NCBI GenBank assembly: GCA_040954595.2
Contig: CM082579.2
Location: forward strand, 7,801,625-7,865,624
Source of the DNA: Balanoglossus misakiensis
Lineage: Eukaryota; Animalia; Hemichordata
Direction of reading: 5' to 3'
Length of the DNA: 64,000 nt
Within the stretch, counting starts at the first letter, position 1. Every line of letters begins with the position of its first letter. Shown piece after piece: positions 13,290 to 24,800 of the stretch. Position numbers and translations under genes: made by a program. The notes below the pieces were generated by a model. That model worked only from the letters and a program-made list of their open reading frames with translations, had not been told where the DNA came from and ran no database searches.

Positions 13290-14822
13290 CTAAGCGTTGC
13301 TCATCTGTGACAGAATGTCAACTATCAAATCAGCGTATCTCTGGGCCATCGCCTGTCCTGCCACGTGAGTGGTGTAAACCAGGCTCCAATGCAGGCGGCC
13401 GTGAAGGGTACAAATGTTGTGATTGAACAATTCACCCATGTTCGTTGACTCGGATGCGTTGTGAATGCTCGTAAGTTCGAAGGCCCGTGGGCTCTTCTTG
13501 GTGAAGTATTGGAGATTCCCTACGTTTGAGACGAAGAATAATTCCGCCTTTCGACCGTGGTGTTTCCCGCCCGTTCGAGGTAACTGTGGAGGTAACGGAG
13601 ACCACGCTTGGATTTGCAGAAACAACATATACTTCAGGCGCCAATGAATCGACCCATCGTTTATTTTCGAATGGATTCCCCTGTTAAAATCCTGTGCAAG
13701 TTTAAAGAACTCTCCTGGATTCCTTGCATTTTGGGGAACTCTACAGGCAACGTTTACAATCCCTACGAACACTGCAAAAACCTTTGCAGGGTCAATTGGG
13801 GGGTCGCAGAAACGGCGCAAGTTGACTGCAAGACCGGTTTCTATCTTCTGGTCTGACGCCAAGTTTCCTCCCTGCATAATTTCGGCGATGGCCAGCGCCG
13901 CGGCAGCTGACAATACGCCATTCATCGAAGTGTTGTGCTTTCTGCTGACGTCACGAATCTTTGCCGTTGTTTCTCTGGAGAACTCGATCGGTATGATGCG
14001 AGTAGCTCTGTGCACTTTGCTGTCCCGTGAAATCTCGGTGCCAAAACGAGCTATGAATGGATTCTGCTTCTGGAATCGTGGCAAGAATGGCATCAAGGCA
14101 AACATGATTCTGAACCAAATCCATTCCCACCACTTCAGTTCTTTGATTCCAAGAATGTCGAGAGGGTCGGGAGGTAATGGATAACTTTCGGGAAGAGTCT
14201 CTTCGCCGTCTGCAACGAGGGACATCTCGGCCAAAAGTTCGTCGATAAACCTCCTTATGGTGTTACCATCGGCAATAGCATGAGCGAATGAGACCAGCAT
14301 GGTTGTTTTGTAGATTCCACCCTCTATCTTTGATTCGCCACCGCTGTTCATTATCCTAATTCGCCACAGCGGTCCCCTTCCCGTGTCAATCTTTGTTTTG
14401 AGTTCTGCTTCAAGCATCTCCTGCCAGTCATCGCTTTCCACAGCCCTGACGTCAACCAGGTCCTCCTCCATCGGCACAAAGTAGTGCCACGTCTTTCCGC
14501 GCCAGTCGACCTGGTCGCTAATACGCACGCGTAGCAAGGGGTGGCGGGCTCTGACCATGCGCGCGGCTTCTGCCACCAGCTCTTCACTCACTGGTAGTTT
14601 GGACTGGACAAATGCGACATAGCAAAGTTGGAACGCCCCTAGTTTGTTCACGAGTTCAATCCACATATACTCTAAAGCCGACACCTCGCGTCCTCCGTCT
14701 ACCGCCGTCATAGTCGGCCCCCTTTTCAGTTTTCCGACAAGCTGGTACCAGATGAAGAGCACTATAAAAGAGCCAGCGACTACAGCCGCAACTGCAGGGC
14801 AGATGACATTCATCGATTGCAT
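13290..14822 (-). CDS. Membrane-anchored CoA-dependent acyltransferase (condensation-domain / alcohol O-acetyltransferase / PapA5-like), paralog A, 510 aa
   Basis: Intronless ORF. The real start is likely MQSMNV at 14822, with a 3' splice site (ttcttatatttccag) 7 nt upstream. N-terminal TM anchor; 'RARHPLLRVRI', 'GPLWRIRI', catalytic 'HAIADG' (HxxxDG), 'AVNLRRF', 'FFVSNVG'. Confidence 0.88.
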   Translation of the reverse strand: MQSMNVICPAVAAVVAGSFIVLFIWYQLVGKLKRGPTMTAVDGGREVSALEYMWIELVNKLGAFQLCYVAFVQSKLPVSEELVAEAARMVRARHPLLRVRISDQVDWRGKTWHYFVPMEEDLVDVRAVESDDWQEMLEAELKTKIDTGRGPLWRIRIMNSGGESKIEGGIYKTTMLVSFAHAIADGNTIRRFIDELLAEMSLVADGEETLPESYPLPPDPLDILGIKELKWWEWIWFRIMFALMPFLPRFQKQNPFIARFGTEISRDSKVHRATRIIPIEFSRETTAKIRDVSRKHNTSMNGVLSAAAALAIAEIMQGGNLASDQKIETGLAVNLRRFCDPPIDPAKVFAVFVGIVNVACRVPQNARNPGEFFKLAQDFNRGIHSKINDGSIHWRLKYMLFLQIQAWSPLPPQLPRTGGKHHGRKAELFFVSNVGNLQYFTKKSPRAFELTSIHNASESTNMGELFNHNICTLHGRLHWSLVYTTHVAGQAMAQRYADLIVDILSQMSNA

Positions 14823-16662
14823 CTTGCGTCTGGAAATATAAGAATGAGAATCGTGTGTTTTCAGTTTTATTTTCAGCCGTCGTGAAGCCCGGAAGGGGAA
14901 AAACAGCGTCACGGAAACAGGGCTTCCGTTTGAAATACCGACCTGTATACAGTGTACTTAAATCACTAAATGAACGAAAAGAAAATTGAACGAAACATTT
15001 CCACCCCAAAAATTAACACGCCCCTCCCAGGATATGAATTGGTCCATCCCTTAAAATGAACTTCAGAAGGGCGTGGGTAGAAGACCCGACGTGTAGAAAA
15101 GCGACATCAAACTTTTGTATGTATTTTACGGTGATGCATTAAACCGTGGTAAACCACCTTACCAGAGAACCCGCACTTCGGGTAGAACACCGTGGCGGCC
15201 TAGTATCGTAGGTACGTGCCAGCCGTGAAGAAACAAATTGCGTCGATGGACGTTAAGACTAAGAGTTCATGAAATCAGACAGCGGCCGATCTTGGGAAGA
15301 GTGTTCAGATCACGACCTGGAGCAAAGGAGGACGACGATTTGCATAACCGATACATGACGTCATCGGTTACCATGGCAAAAGTCAGCTATTGGCAGCGGC
15401 CACAAAGACGAAGTTACAGCAAGTTCGGGGGGTGGGGGGTTTCTTTCAATAAAAGGACACACGTCTCGGTGAAAGACTTAACCGACTATAAAGGTGACTA
15501 ACTCTTTTAAACATGATTTCTCAACGTGACACTGTACAAGTACAAGTACAAGTCGGATATCACTGTCATTCAAGGCATAAACCAAGCTGCAAGTCCACGA
15601 AACAAAAACAACCAAATATGAACTTAATAATACCCTCCTGGTTAAATACTGTTGCGCCAATTGGAAATAGATTGCAATGAATTTACCCACATTTCAAATT
15701 CCAAATAAGATTGCGCTATAAAGAGAACCCGACTACTTTCCCATGGTTGACTGGATTCTGTTTGTGGCTGACGTATTTGGTGGCCAGTGCATGACCCCGA
15801 CGCGACCAGCTACAGGTCAGGGACGTTTCACCAATGTCTAGACATAGAATTGTAGAATTCCTTTACAGAGGCTTTGACGTTTTCTTTGGACTGGGTGCAT
15901 GGTGCATGCTTACGTCTCTAATACCAGTCTGATCAACGACTGAATAGTTTGTCGACAAGTAGAAGAAATTCGGGCCAAACTAGAGCTACCACTAGCTGGC
16001 TACCAGTACCTCAAGAGCCATCGAAAGTAATGTAATCTTTATCACTTGAAGCAATTCTATGACAGAACTTCATGACCTCTGCGCGCGATCTCTGCCGTAC
16101 AGAAAGTTATTTTCACGAGTGATGTGGTGTATTCTGCGGCAGCCTGAGTACTTCCAGGAGCGCAGAAAGCAGAATACTCCGTATCCCATTTCATCCCCAC
16201 AGTGCAACGTCGGGGTTTGACACAATGTTAAATGTTTCTTGAGTCTTGTTTTTTTTTTCTTTCCTTCAGATTTCTCACCACGAGAACGGGAATATTCATT
16301 TTCGAAAATTCATAAAAACCACGCATGATTTTTGTGCGTTGACAGTTTTGACTACAGCGGCAACCACAAATAATCATGGTTCCAACCTTCTTGTTATTCC
16401 GTTACACAGCCACAAATGAAATCAAGCTGAGATTGAACCACGCCAAAGATGAATGTCGTTGACTTTATTGACAAAGTACGCCTGTAAGTCCAAGAACAGC
16501 ATAACAAAGAACCAGCAAATGTTAAGATCGAGTCAACTCTACGTATGATTTTAATCAGATTGATCAAATATTCACGCATAATTCTCCAAATCTGAGCTGA
16601 TGTATATTAAGTGCCACCGTGGCATATACCAGTAAAGTACTCTTATAGTCTCATACGCTTGA

Positions 16663-18204
16663 TTAAGCATCACACATTTGTGTCAGGATATCCACGATCA
16701 GATCCGCGTATCTCTGCGCTGTCTCGCGGCTGGTCACGTGACTGACATAAACCAGGGTCCAGTTCAGACGGCCGTGGAGTGTGCAGATGTTGTGATTGAA
16801 CAACTCCCCCGTTTCTGTTGCCTCCGCAACGCTGTACACGCCGGTGAGCTCGAAGGGGCGCGGCACCTCCTTGGTGAAGTAGTCGAGATTTCCCAAGTTT
16901 GACACGAAAAATAAATCTGCGACTCGATTATGGCCCGTTGATGACATGGGTGCAAACATACTGGAGATCTCTTTGATAGAGTACTGCTGAAGATTCACGA
17001 AGAGCATGAGCTTCAGAAACCAATGGACTGACCCGCCATTTATTTTGGAGTGGCTCTCTCTGGTGGCGTCCGCTGCAAGTTTGAAGAACGCCTCGGGCTG
17101 CCTTGCATTTTGGGGCACTCTGAAGGTAGCAGGTAGCATCCCGATAAAGAGTGCAAAGACCTTGGCGGGGTCGAGAGGCGGGTCACAGAAACGGCGCAGA
17201 CTAACTGCAACCTTGGTAGCTACGTTCTGCTTTGATGTCAAGCTGCCCCCTTGCATCATTTCTGCGATGGCCACTGCTGCGGCGGCACTTAAAACACCAT
17301 TCATCGTGGCGTTGTACTTTTTGCCCACGTGGCGAATTTTCGCTGTCATTTCCCTGGAGAACTCGATCGGTATGATGCGAGTAGCTCTGTGCACTTTGCT
17401 GTCCCGTGAAATCTCGGTGCCAAAACGAGCTATGAATGGATTCTGCTTCTGGAATCGTAGCAGGAATGGCATCAAGGCAAACATGATTCTGAACCCAATC
17501 CATTCCCACCACGTCAGTTCTTTGATTCCAAGAATGTCGAGGGGATCGCGAGGTAATGGATAACTTTCGGGAAGAGTCTCTTCGCCGTCTGCAACCAGAG
17601 ACATGTTGGTCAAAAGTTCGTCGATGAACCTTTTTGTAGTGTTACCATCGGCAATAGAATGAGCGAACGAGATTAGCATGGTAGTTCCGTATGCTCCACC
17701 ACCGTCGCTGCCATGGTCTTGAATGCTTCTCATGACCCTAATTCGCCACAGTGGTCCCCTTCTCATGTCGAGCCTTGTGGTCAATTCTACTTGAAGCATC
17801 GCCTGCCAGTCATCGCCTTCCACAGACCTGACGTCAACCAGGTCATCCTCCATCGGCACAAAGCAATGCCGCGTCTTTCCGCGCGAATCGACCAGATCAC
17901 TAAAACGCATGCGTAGCAAGGGATGGTGGGCTCTTGTCATGTAGGCTGCTTTCTCTACCACTTTCTCGGTGACGGGTACCTTTGACTCCACAAAGGCAAC
18001 GTTGCAAATTTGGTTAATTCCAAATTTTTCCATGGTTTCAACCCAACAGAATTCTAACAGTGAAGCTTCACGTCCCCCATCGACAGCCATGCTTGCCCCT
18101 TTTTTCAAATTCACAAAGAACCGGAACCAGACGACGAGGCCGATAAAGGCGCCAACTGCTGTCGTCAGAATTATAGAATCGGTGACATCGTTGAACAACT
18201 GCAT
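16663..18204 (-). CDS. Membrane-anchored CoA-dependent acyltransferase, paralog B, 513 aa
   Basis: Intronless ORF. The start MQLFND at 18204 again has a 3' splice site 7 nt upstream. Motifs: 'RAHHPLLRMRF', 'GPLWRIRV', 'HSIADG', 'AVSLRRF', 'FFVSNLG'. Colinear with paralog A. Confidence 0.88.
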   Translation of the reverse strand: MQLFNDVTDSIILTTAVGAFIGLVVWFRFFVNLKKGASMAVDGGREASLLEFCWVETMEKFGINQICNVAFVESKVPVTEKVVEKAAYMTRAHHPLLRMRFSDLVDSRGKTRHCFVPMEDDLVDVRSVEGDDWQAMLQVELTTRLDMRRGPLWRIRVMRSIQDHGSDGGGAYGTTMLISFAHSIADGNTTKRFIDELLTNMSLVADGEETLPESYPLPRDPLDILGIKELTWWEWIGFRIMFALMPFLLRFQKQNPFIARFGTEISRDSKVHRATRIIPIEFSREMTAKIRHVGKKYNATMNGVLSAAAAVAIAEMMQGGSLTSKQNVATKVAVSLRRFCDPPLDPAKVFALFIGMLPATFRVPQNARQPEAFFKLAADATRESHSKINGGSVHWFLKLMLFVNLQQYSIKEISSMFAPMSSTGHNRVADLFFVSNLGNLDYFTKEVPRPFELTGVYSVAEATETGELFNHNICTLHGRLNWTLVYVSHVTSRETAQRYADLIVDILTQMCDA

Positions 18205-20081
18205 TTTGTCTCTGAATGAAAAACAAACAAACATACATATGAAGTCAGTGTTTCAGGGTGATGATGGCCTAATTAAAAGAAAAACTGTAAAGGTGACGAC
18301 ATTTGGTAAAATACTGGAAGGTAATGACGTGTAGTACAAAGGTCGGCAGATTTGGACTGACCCCGCCAATTGTGCCAAACTAACCTTGGAGCCCACTAAC
18401 AATCAACAAACGGGCTCAAACAGATCTTGCTGACCTATTTTACCCCACCAGCTATGATCTCTTGGCCCACGGTGTCAGTTCAACACGCAGTCTTTGTGTT
18501 TTTTTCCATTCCTCATATCAGGACATGGGTATATTATAACTGTTTTACAGTCGGATTGAAGAGTGGCGACACTATCTTGGTATATATCAGCTTGGGACGT
18601 TAAGTTAATTAAATACGATAGAACGTGACTCAGATCCTTACCTTTAGAGGTCAGGTGACCTTGGGCAAATCTGGGGTGTAGAATGGCGTTAGACCTACCT
18701 TCGCGCGCCAAACTGTGTCGGCCAAATACAGAAAATTCCCTAAGTTCTGTCAGTCAAAACCGAGGATCCTCAGAAGAGTGTCTGTTACCATAACCGACAT
18801 GGGATAAAGCGCCCTCATTGTCAAGAATTGCAAATATCTCATTTTATTTACGCACAATTCAGACAATCGGGTACTAGGTACCCGCGTAAAATGATACTTT
18901 AATTACTAATATTAGGTTACTTATAATAAAATTACTTTTATGAAAATACTCTTATCGATGATAACTGGCTGCTATCCAAGTTAGGCCTATATTTTTTCTT
19001 ACTTGTAGGCATCAAAACGTTGGAATATACTAGTAACTGTTCACCACCACGACAGAGTATAGTTATAAAATTTGAAATTAAGCAAATTTCTTAATTCAGT
19101 TGGCTTATATATAAATTACCATTCAAATGTGTATATTGATTGGCCGCAAAGCACATCGGATTCGATTGTGTGGGAGAGGGGACGTGTCCCTTCCCATGGT
19201 ACTCACAATTAGAAGGAAAAAAATATTTTTGAACATTCGTTGGTAGTTTCTTGGACATCGAAAATAATTCCATCCCCTATATGCCCTGTTACATGACTTA
19301 GATTAGTTGCCACAATCCGACACTAACTCATCAAAAGTGCCAATTTGTTACTTTTTCGCACCCATCATCGTTTTAAGTTTTCGAGTCACATTTTAAACAA
19401 AAATCTACTCTTTCCAGTTTGCTGTTTTCACACCTCCCGCCCGGTCTGGTGGCTTTCAGCAATGATGGCTTACAAGAAAGCGATGGGTTGTTTCCCCCGG
19501 AAAGAGCTCGGTTAGTCACGGTTGGTTGTCCAGCTGACCCGACTGAATAAAAAAGCACTCACTGCACTCGCCACGATCATCTTCCTCTCGTGCAACAGGT
19601 GTCACTGAGGGCAGTGATCATTAAAAAAATCAACAACGCGACTGCATGATATGGTGCAGAAATTTGAACTCCGCCTGCGATCGACCCATTAAGTGTTCAT
19701 GTATTCATGCGCCTTGTAAATATATTGTGAGCCCTCCCGGAACCATAACAACGACGCACACACTATGCTAATCACAGGTGTCAAAAAAGAAGTTCCAACT
19801 ATAAAATGGCATTTTATCCTTAATTGGCGGAATAGATAATAAACCTATTTGTTATATATTATACAAGAATTACATCACTCGTTTGCGAACAATAATGTAG
19901 ATTAAAACTGATCAAAATATCGATATTTCGCAGGCGGACTAATTCGGAAGATTACCTCCAGGTAGCTCGGAAGTTCTTCGGCTCCAAGAGGGACTTGCTG
20001 TGGTCTGACAACTATAATCTGTTATTTACAACGAGCGAAGTTGAACTCTTGGCGGCCTGCGAATATAATCGCACGGGAAAG

Positions 20082-21782
20082 ATGCCACCGGTGAGAAAAC
20101 CGGGGAGAATAATCCGTCCGTCGTCGGCGACAGCGAAGTTAGAGTCGTACATCCCGCCGAGCGTCCTTGACGACGTCCGCCCGGCGACCGCGGCTGCTGG
20201 TCTGTACGCCGGGGAAGCTGGACCTCAAGCGCGCGGCCCAGCGCCCCCGTCCCGACAAGGAGCCCAGTCGGCATGGGGCTCACGACTGAGAGACGACATC
20301 CCAAAGCCTGACGAACAACCCCGCCGTCTGACGCTCAGCCTCGTCGATGGGTTGGCCGACCGACCAGAAACAGCGGCAGCAAGAGCCCGTCTCGCAACAC
20401 CTGCGGGCTCGTCAGGTGCCAAGGTGAGCGACCTTTCATTCTGTGTCATATATCTGTAGACTCTAATATTCCGTCTCCAAATTGTCTCTATGTTAGGATG
20501 GATACACCTCTAAACATGTCCGTACCGATCAATGAATTTTGGCAATTAATTAAAACATTAACTACATCAAATAGCAGACGATTTGAAACATTGTTGCAAT
20601 ATACATGGTTACTTGACACATTGATACCTGTAATTTAAATCTACTGCAATACTAGAGTCAGTAAAAATTAATAGATGCAGAAAAAATCAAACCGTTTTAA
20701 AACACTGTGACGCACGTACACGAGCTGTCAGATCGAAGACACACAGGGTGTGTACACACGATTAATACGGAACAATTTTACAGTCTGTGAACACTGTTTC
20801 ACGGTCCCAGAACTACTTCCTGTAATAACTCGGTATCCATTTCAAAATGGCCGCCCCCGCTGTAAGAAGACCCGTTAGGTAAACAACAGGAGTCGGACTG
20901 AACACCAGACAGCCTATACTGTGTGGCAGTAAATTTCAATTAACTGCAGTTCAGTAGAGGGACTGTGGTAGTAGTATGTACGTAGTAGTGGTATAAACCG
21001 CGCTGGTCATCAAAAATCAGCAGCGATGTCGAAACGACTATGTGAAATTGTCACCGCCCATTCACCAAATCGATTTACATGTATTCTTTTCTGGGCAAGC
21101 TAACTGTCAGTGTTTTAACGAGAATTTTAACAGTTCATAATTGAGCCTGTAAAGCGTTTTGTTAACATCAAGTCTACTCGGTTAAAATCGAAAAAATAGT
21201 AGTGTCCTACATGTACATGTACAAAGTTTTGGGCAATTAGGCAAACAATAACGTGTCTACAAATTCAAGTGTTTCGTGATATTAAAGACAAGTGCCCTCA
21301 TTGTTTAGTTGGTATTGTGATAAGACTAGCTTTGGGAAAACTCGATCCTATCACCACCTTAAACCCTTGTTTGCCAATTTTAACCAGAAAAATCAAAATA
21401 TCCCTAAATATATACAATCCATCACTGTTGGTATTTTGTGTCTTTTAGACACCTGCTGTGTTCATTGTCAACAACAGAAGTCATTGTTTTGTCACACTAC
21501 CCAAATACTTGGGTTGTCTGCATGTATCAGTACTGTATAATTGATGAAGTGAAGTGTTTTCGGTCGGAGTTTTCACATCACCACAGAAGAATGTCACATC
21601 ATTAATAACCAAGTATTTTGTCAAAGCCCATGATTTACTGACTGTGTCTGCAGTGTCCACAACAGCATATTGAACTCCATGGTGATACAATGTATGTTAA
21701 GTTTACTACCAACCTCTTGGTACAACTAAAACAATAAACTCAGTCATGTACCAAGACAAATTCTGTTGACAAGCAGCAATGA

Positions 21783-21816
<34 letters not shown>

Positions 21817-24800
21817 GATATTATGGTCAGCTGATTGCCAAAGAGGAGGAAAAAAACTATATATAAATGTACCAGTAGATGAATACCATGGCAACGGATC
21901 TTGTGGTGAGACAGGTCTGCAGGATGAGACGATCAAATTGTTGATTTGTGAAACTGTGAAGACATCATGTGGTGCTTGTTCTCAATTTTCATTGATTCCT
22001 GAGAGAAGCTGTGGCATCAGGTGTAAAAGGAATTTTTCATTGCTTTTGATTGAATGTAATTATAACATAGTTAAGGTACTGCACATAATGCTTCTGAGAA
22101 ATTCAATGCAGTGGGAATCAATAATAGTACCATATCCGTATTTGCATTAAACGAACAAGTATTACGAATAATTATCTTCCCTCCATTGTGTTCTCGGGTT
22201 TGGTCTTTGAAGTGAACGTCATTTATTAGAATGCAGTCATTGAGGACTGCTGTCATCTTCCAGAGGCTTTTAGATTAACAAGGGTGTTGCCATGGTAACC
22301 ACAGATTGGCCCATTTCATTTTGAAAAGCGTTCCAGCCTTGGCAGGTTTCTATTAACTTGGAGAGGATTTGTGTTTTTGTGTGTGTGTGCAGCATATCAG
22401 TCTTCATCCCCTGACTTTTGTACTATAGGATCTATATACAGGGTGTGAGTTGAGTTGTGACATTTCTATGAGTAGAATAGAAAGATACATATATAGCCTG
22501 AACAGTCCAGAGTGACTGTTTGTTACTTCTCCGCATTCATGCCATAAAACAAGAAATACATGTAGACTTATTGCTCGTGTAGATTCCTGCTTCTCTCGTA
22601 AATTTGATAGCTGGCTGGACACTGAGCACAAGCTAAGCATCCATTGGCCAGTAAAATCTATTCTCTGGCAGAAATCCAACGTGCATACACTGAGCACATA
22701 TTGTGTCATCATGGCTGTACTGCAGACTGGGTTCGGACAATGTTCATCTTTGTAGATTTGACAGTAACAAACCTTACCCTTTCAGTTAATATTGTATGAC
22801 TGCGTACAGACATTTTCTTTTCTGAAATTAAATGCTCCATTAATTAACATAATATCATGATTATAATATTGAATTGGTTGTGTGTGCATCACAGTGCGAC
22901 CACCATGGGGTGGTGTTTTGTACACACCCTATCACTATCAGCAAGCAATCTTAGCAACACCTACTAAGCCATGATCAATGCAAGCCGGACTTCATTTGCA
23001 GTCAATCTCCCAATCTGAAATTAAACAAAACTCTCAAGGAAAAAAAGAAAAGATTTGCCCCCACGTCAGCGAGATAGTTATGGTTGGACAAAGGTAGCTC
23101 TTGGAATCTGCAGTGAATTATGGTAAGGATAGTTGTTTTATCAGGGATCTTCGCGACATCTTGTTTGGCAGATTCTTTTAACGTAAAATTCATTGGAGTC
23201 TACTCGGGGGTTGTTTACATGAGAGGAAATGTCGATTTTGCCATTGTGTAAAGAACCACTCCAAAATGGATGGCTACACGTACCAGTAGTAAAATTCAGT
23301 GCTGTGCATTGCAAGAGTCTCCCAGACAGAGTTTAAAAGAGTGATGGGAACCTCTTTTCACGTGGTCAGTATTGATCACCTGGGAAGTCGTGTCACGACA
23401 TGAGTGCAGAGGGCTTGGGGTGTTTTAAAACTGTTTACAGTTACACCGGACAGTATTAAATTCTGCCAGTGTATCGCCCCGACCGAGCTTTTAGTCCCCG
23501 CCACTACTGTGATTAATTTCCTGCGAGATGAAAGGATTTTGTGGAGAATGTAATGTCATACTTTTCGGTACTTTATGAAACACTGGAAGATTGCCAACTT
23601 CAGTCTTACTACAGTTCATCATTTATTGACTACGTGTGTTTGTTGAAAACTTTTTTTGTCCCCACGGGCAAGAAGTACATTAAGTTTGACGTTGTACTGC
23701 AGATGTGAGGATGAATTGAACACCTGTGTTTTGATAGTTAGGAACCTCGGCACTTTAACACAGGCATTACAGAAATGTCACCAAAATGTTTGGAATTGCT
23801 GGTGGATTATTTGCAGTGCTTTTGCATTGTTTTTGGAATGCTACTCGGAATGTGTTTGTGTGTTTCTGAAATGGGTATGTAAATGTTAAGAGTTCACCAT
23901 TGGTCTCTTTGCATCTCCTACAGTAGCTAGGCTCTTCTCTCAAACATGACTGTCTCAGATAATTTTATGTGCGTGGTGTCAGATGCAAAAGCATTATACA
24001 CTTCCATATTTTCTTCAGAATGTCAAAATTTCTTATTGCAAGCATCCTTAATATTCACAGAAATCAGGTTTCACTGATCCCCCCTCCCCCATCGTGGGAA
24101 AATTAATGCAATGAAAAGTAAAACTATATGTTCTCCCGATTTAAACCCCACACCACTCAAGAATGGCTGTAAAACCACACATATTGATTTCAGTTTATTG
24201 AACACATGTCTTGCGGCAATACAAAGAAATTAAAAACTGCTACAGAACCACCTGGCTCGTGCACAGTGTATGTCGCAGTTTTATGAATTTTTTAGATTTA
24301 CAACTCATTAATATTAGTCGTATTAAGCACATGTATTTTGGTACTGACTTGTCCAACATAATTGTATCGTCCCAACCATAATACTCATGCCTCTGTGCCA
24401 TTGATCTGAAGGAAACATAGAGGTCAAAGGTTACTTTTCATAGGCTTAATATAGACATTTAACTGAAAAATCAATAACTTGTAAAACCTGAATTCCAGCA
24501 GGAAAGACAGTTGTAGAACTGTCTGGCAGTGTCACAGAAGCCCAGTTGAAACTGTTTCTGGTTTGATGTGATGTACTAGGACTGCATTTGTGTGAATAAC
24601 AGTAGAAATTTTCAATTTCTCAGTGTGAATAATAGTTCAAATTTAGAGTTTGAGTTTTGCTCAAACCATGTTAGGGGAATCTCTTACAGTAGCGTTTATT
24701 GTTTTTGAGTCATAAACTAATTCATATGCAAATGTTCCACTGGGGAGATACTTGAAAATGTTTGCAGTGTGGTGGACCTGTTGCCATTTTTTTGGCTGGG

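Noticed and set aside
14823-14912. 30-aa N-terminal extension of acyltransferase A in the ORF track (also the 10-aa extension of B and the 41-aa extension of TIGAR)
   Set aside because: These run through polypyrimidine tracts and 3' splice sites, so they are intronic.
23120-23128. ATG|GTAAGG as a further start-codon-only first exon of the WD40 gene (similarly ATG|GTTAGT at ~31304)
   Set aside because: Too short to distinguish from chance without transcript data.
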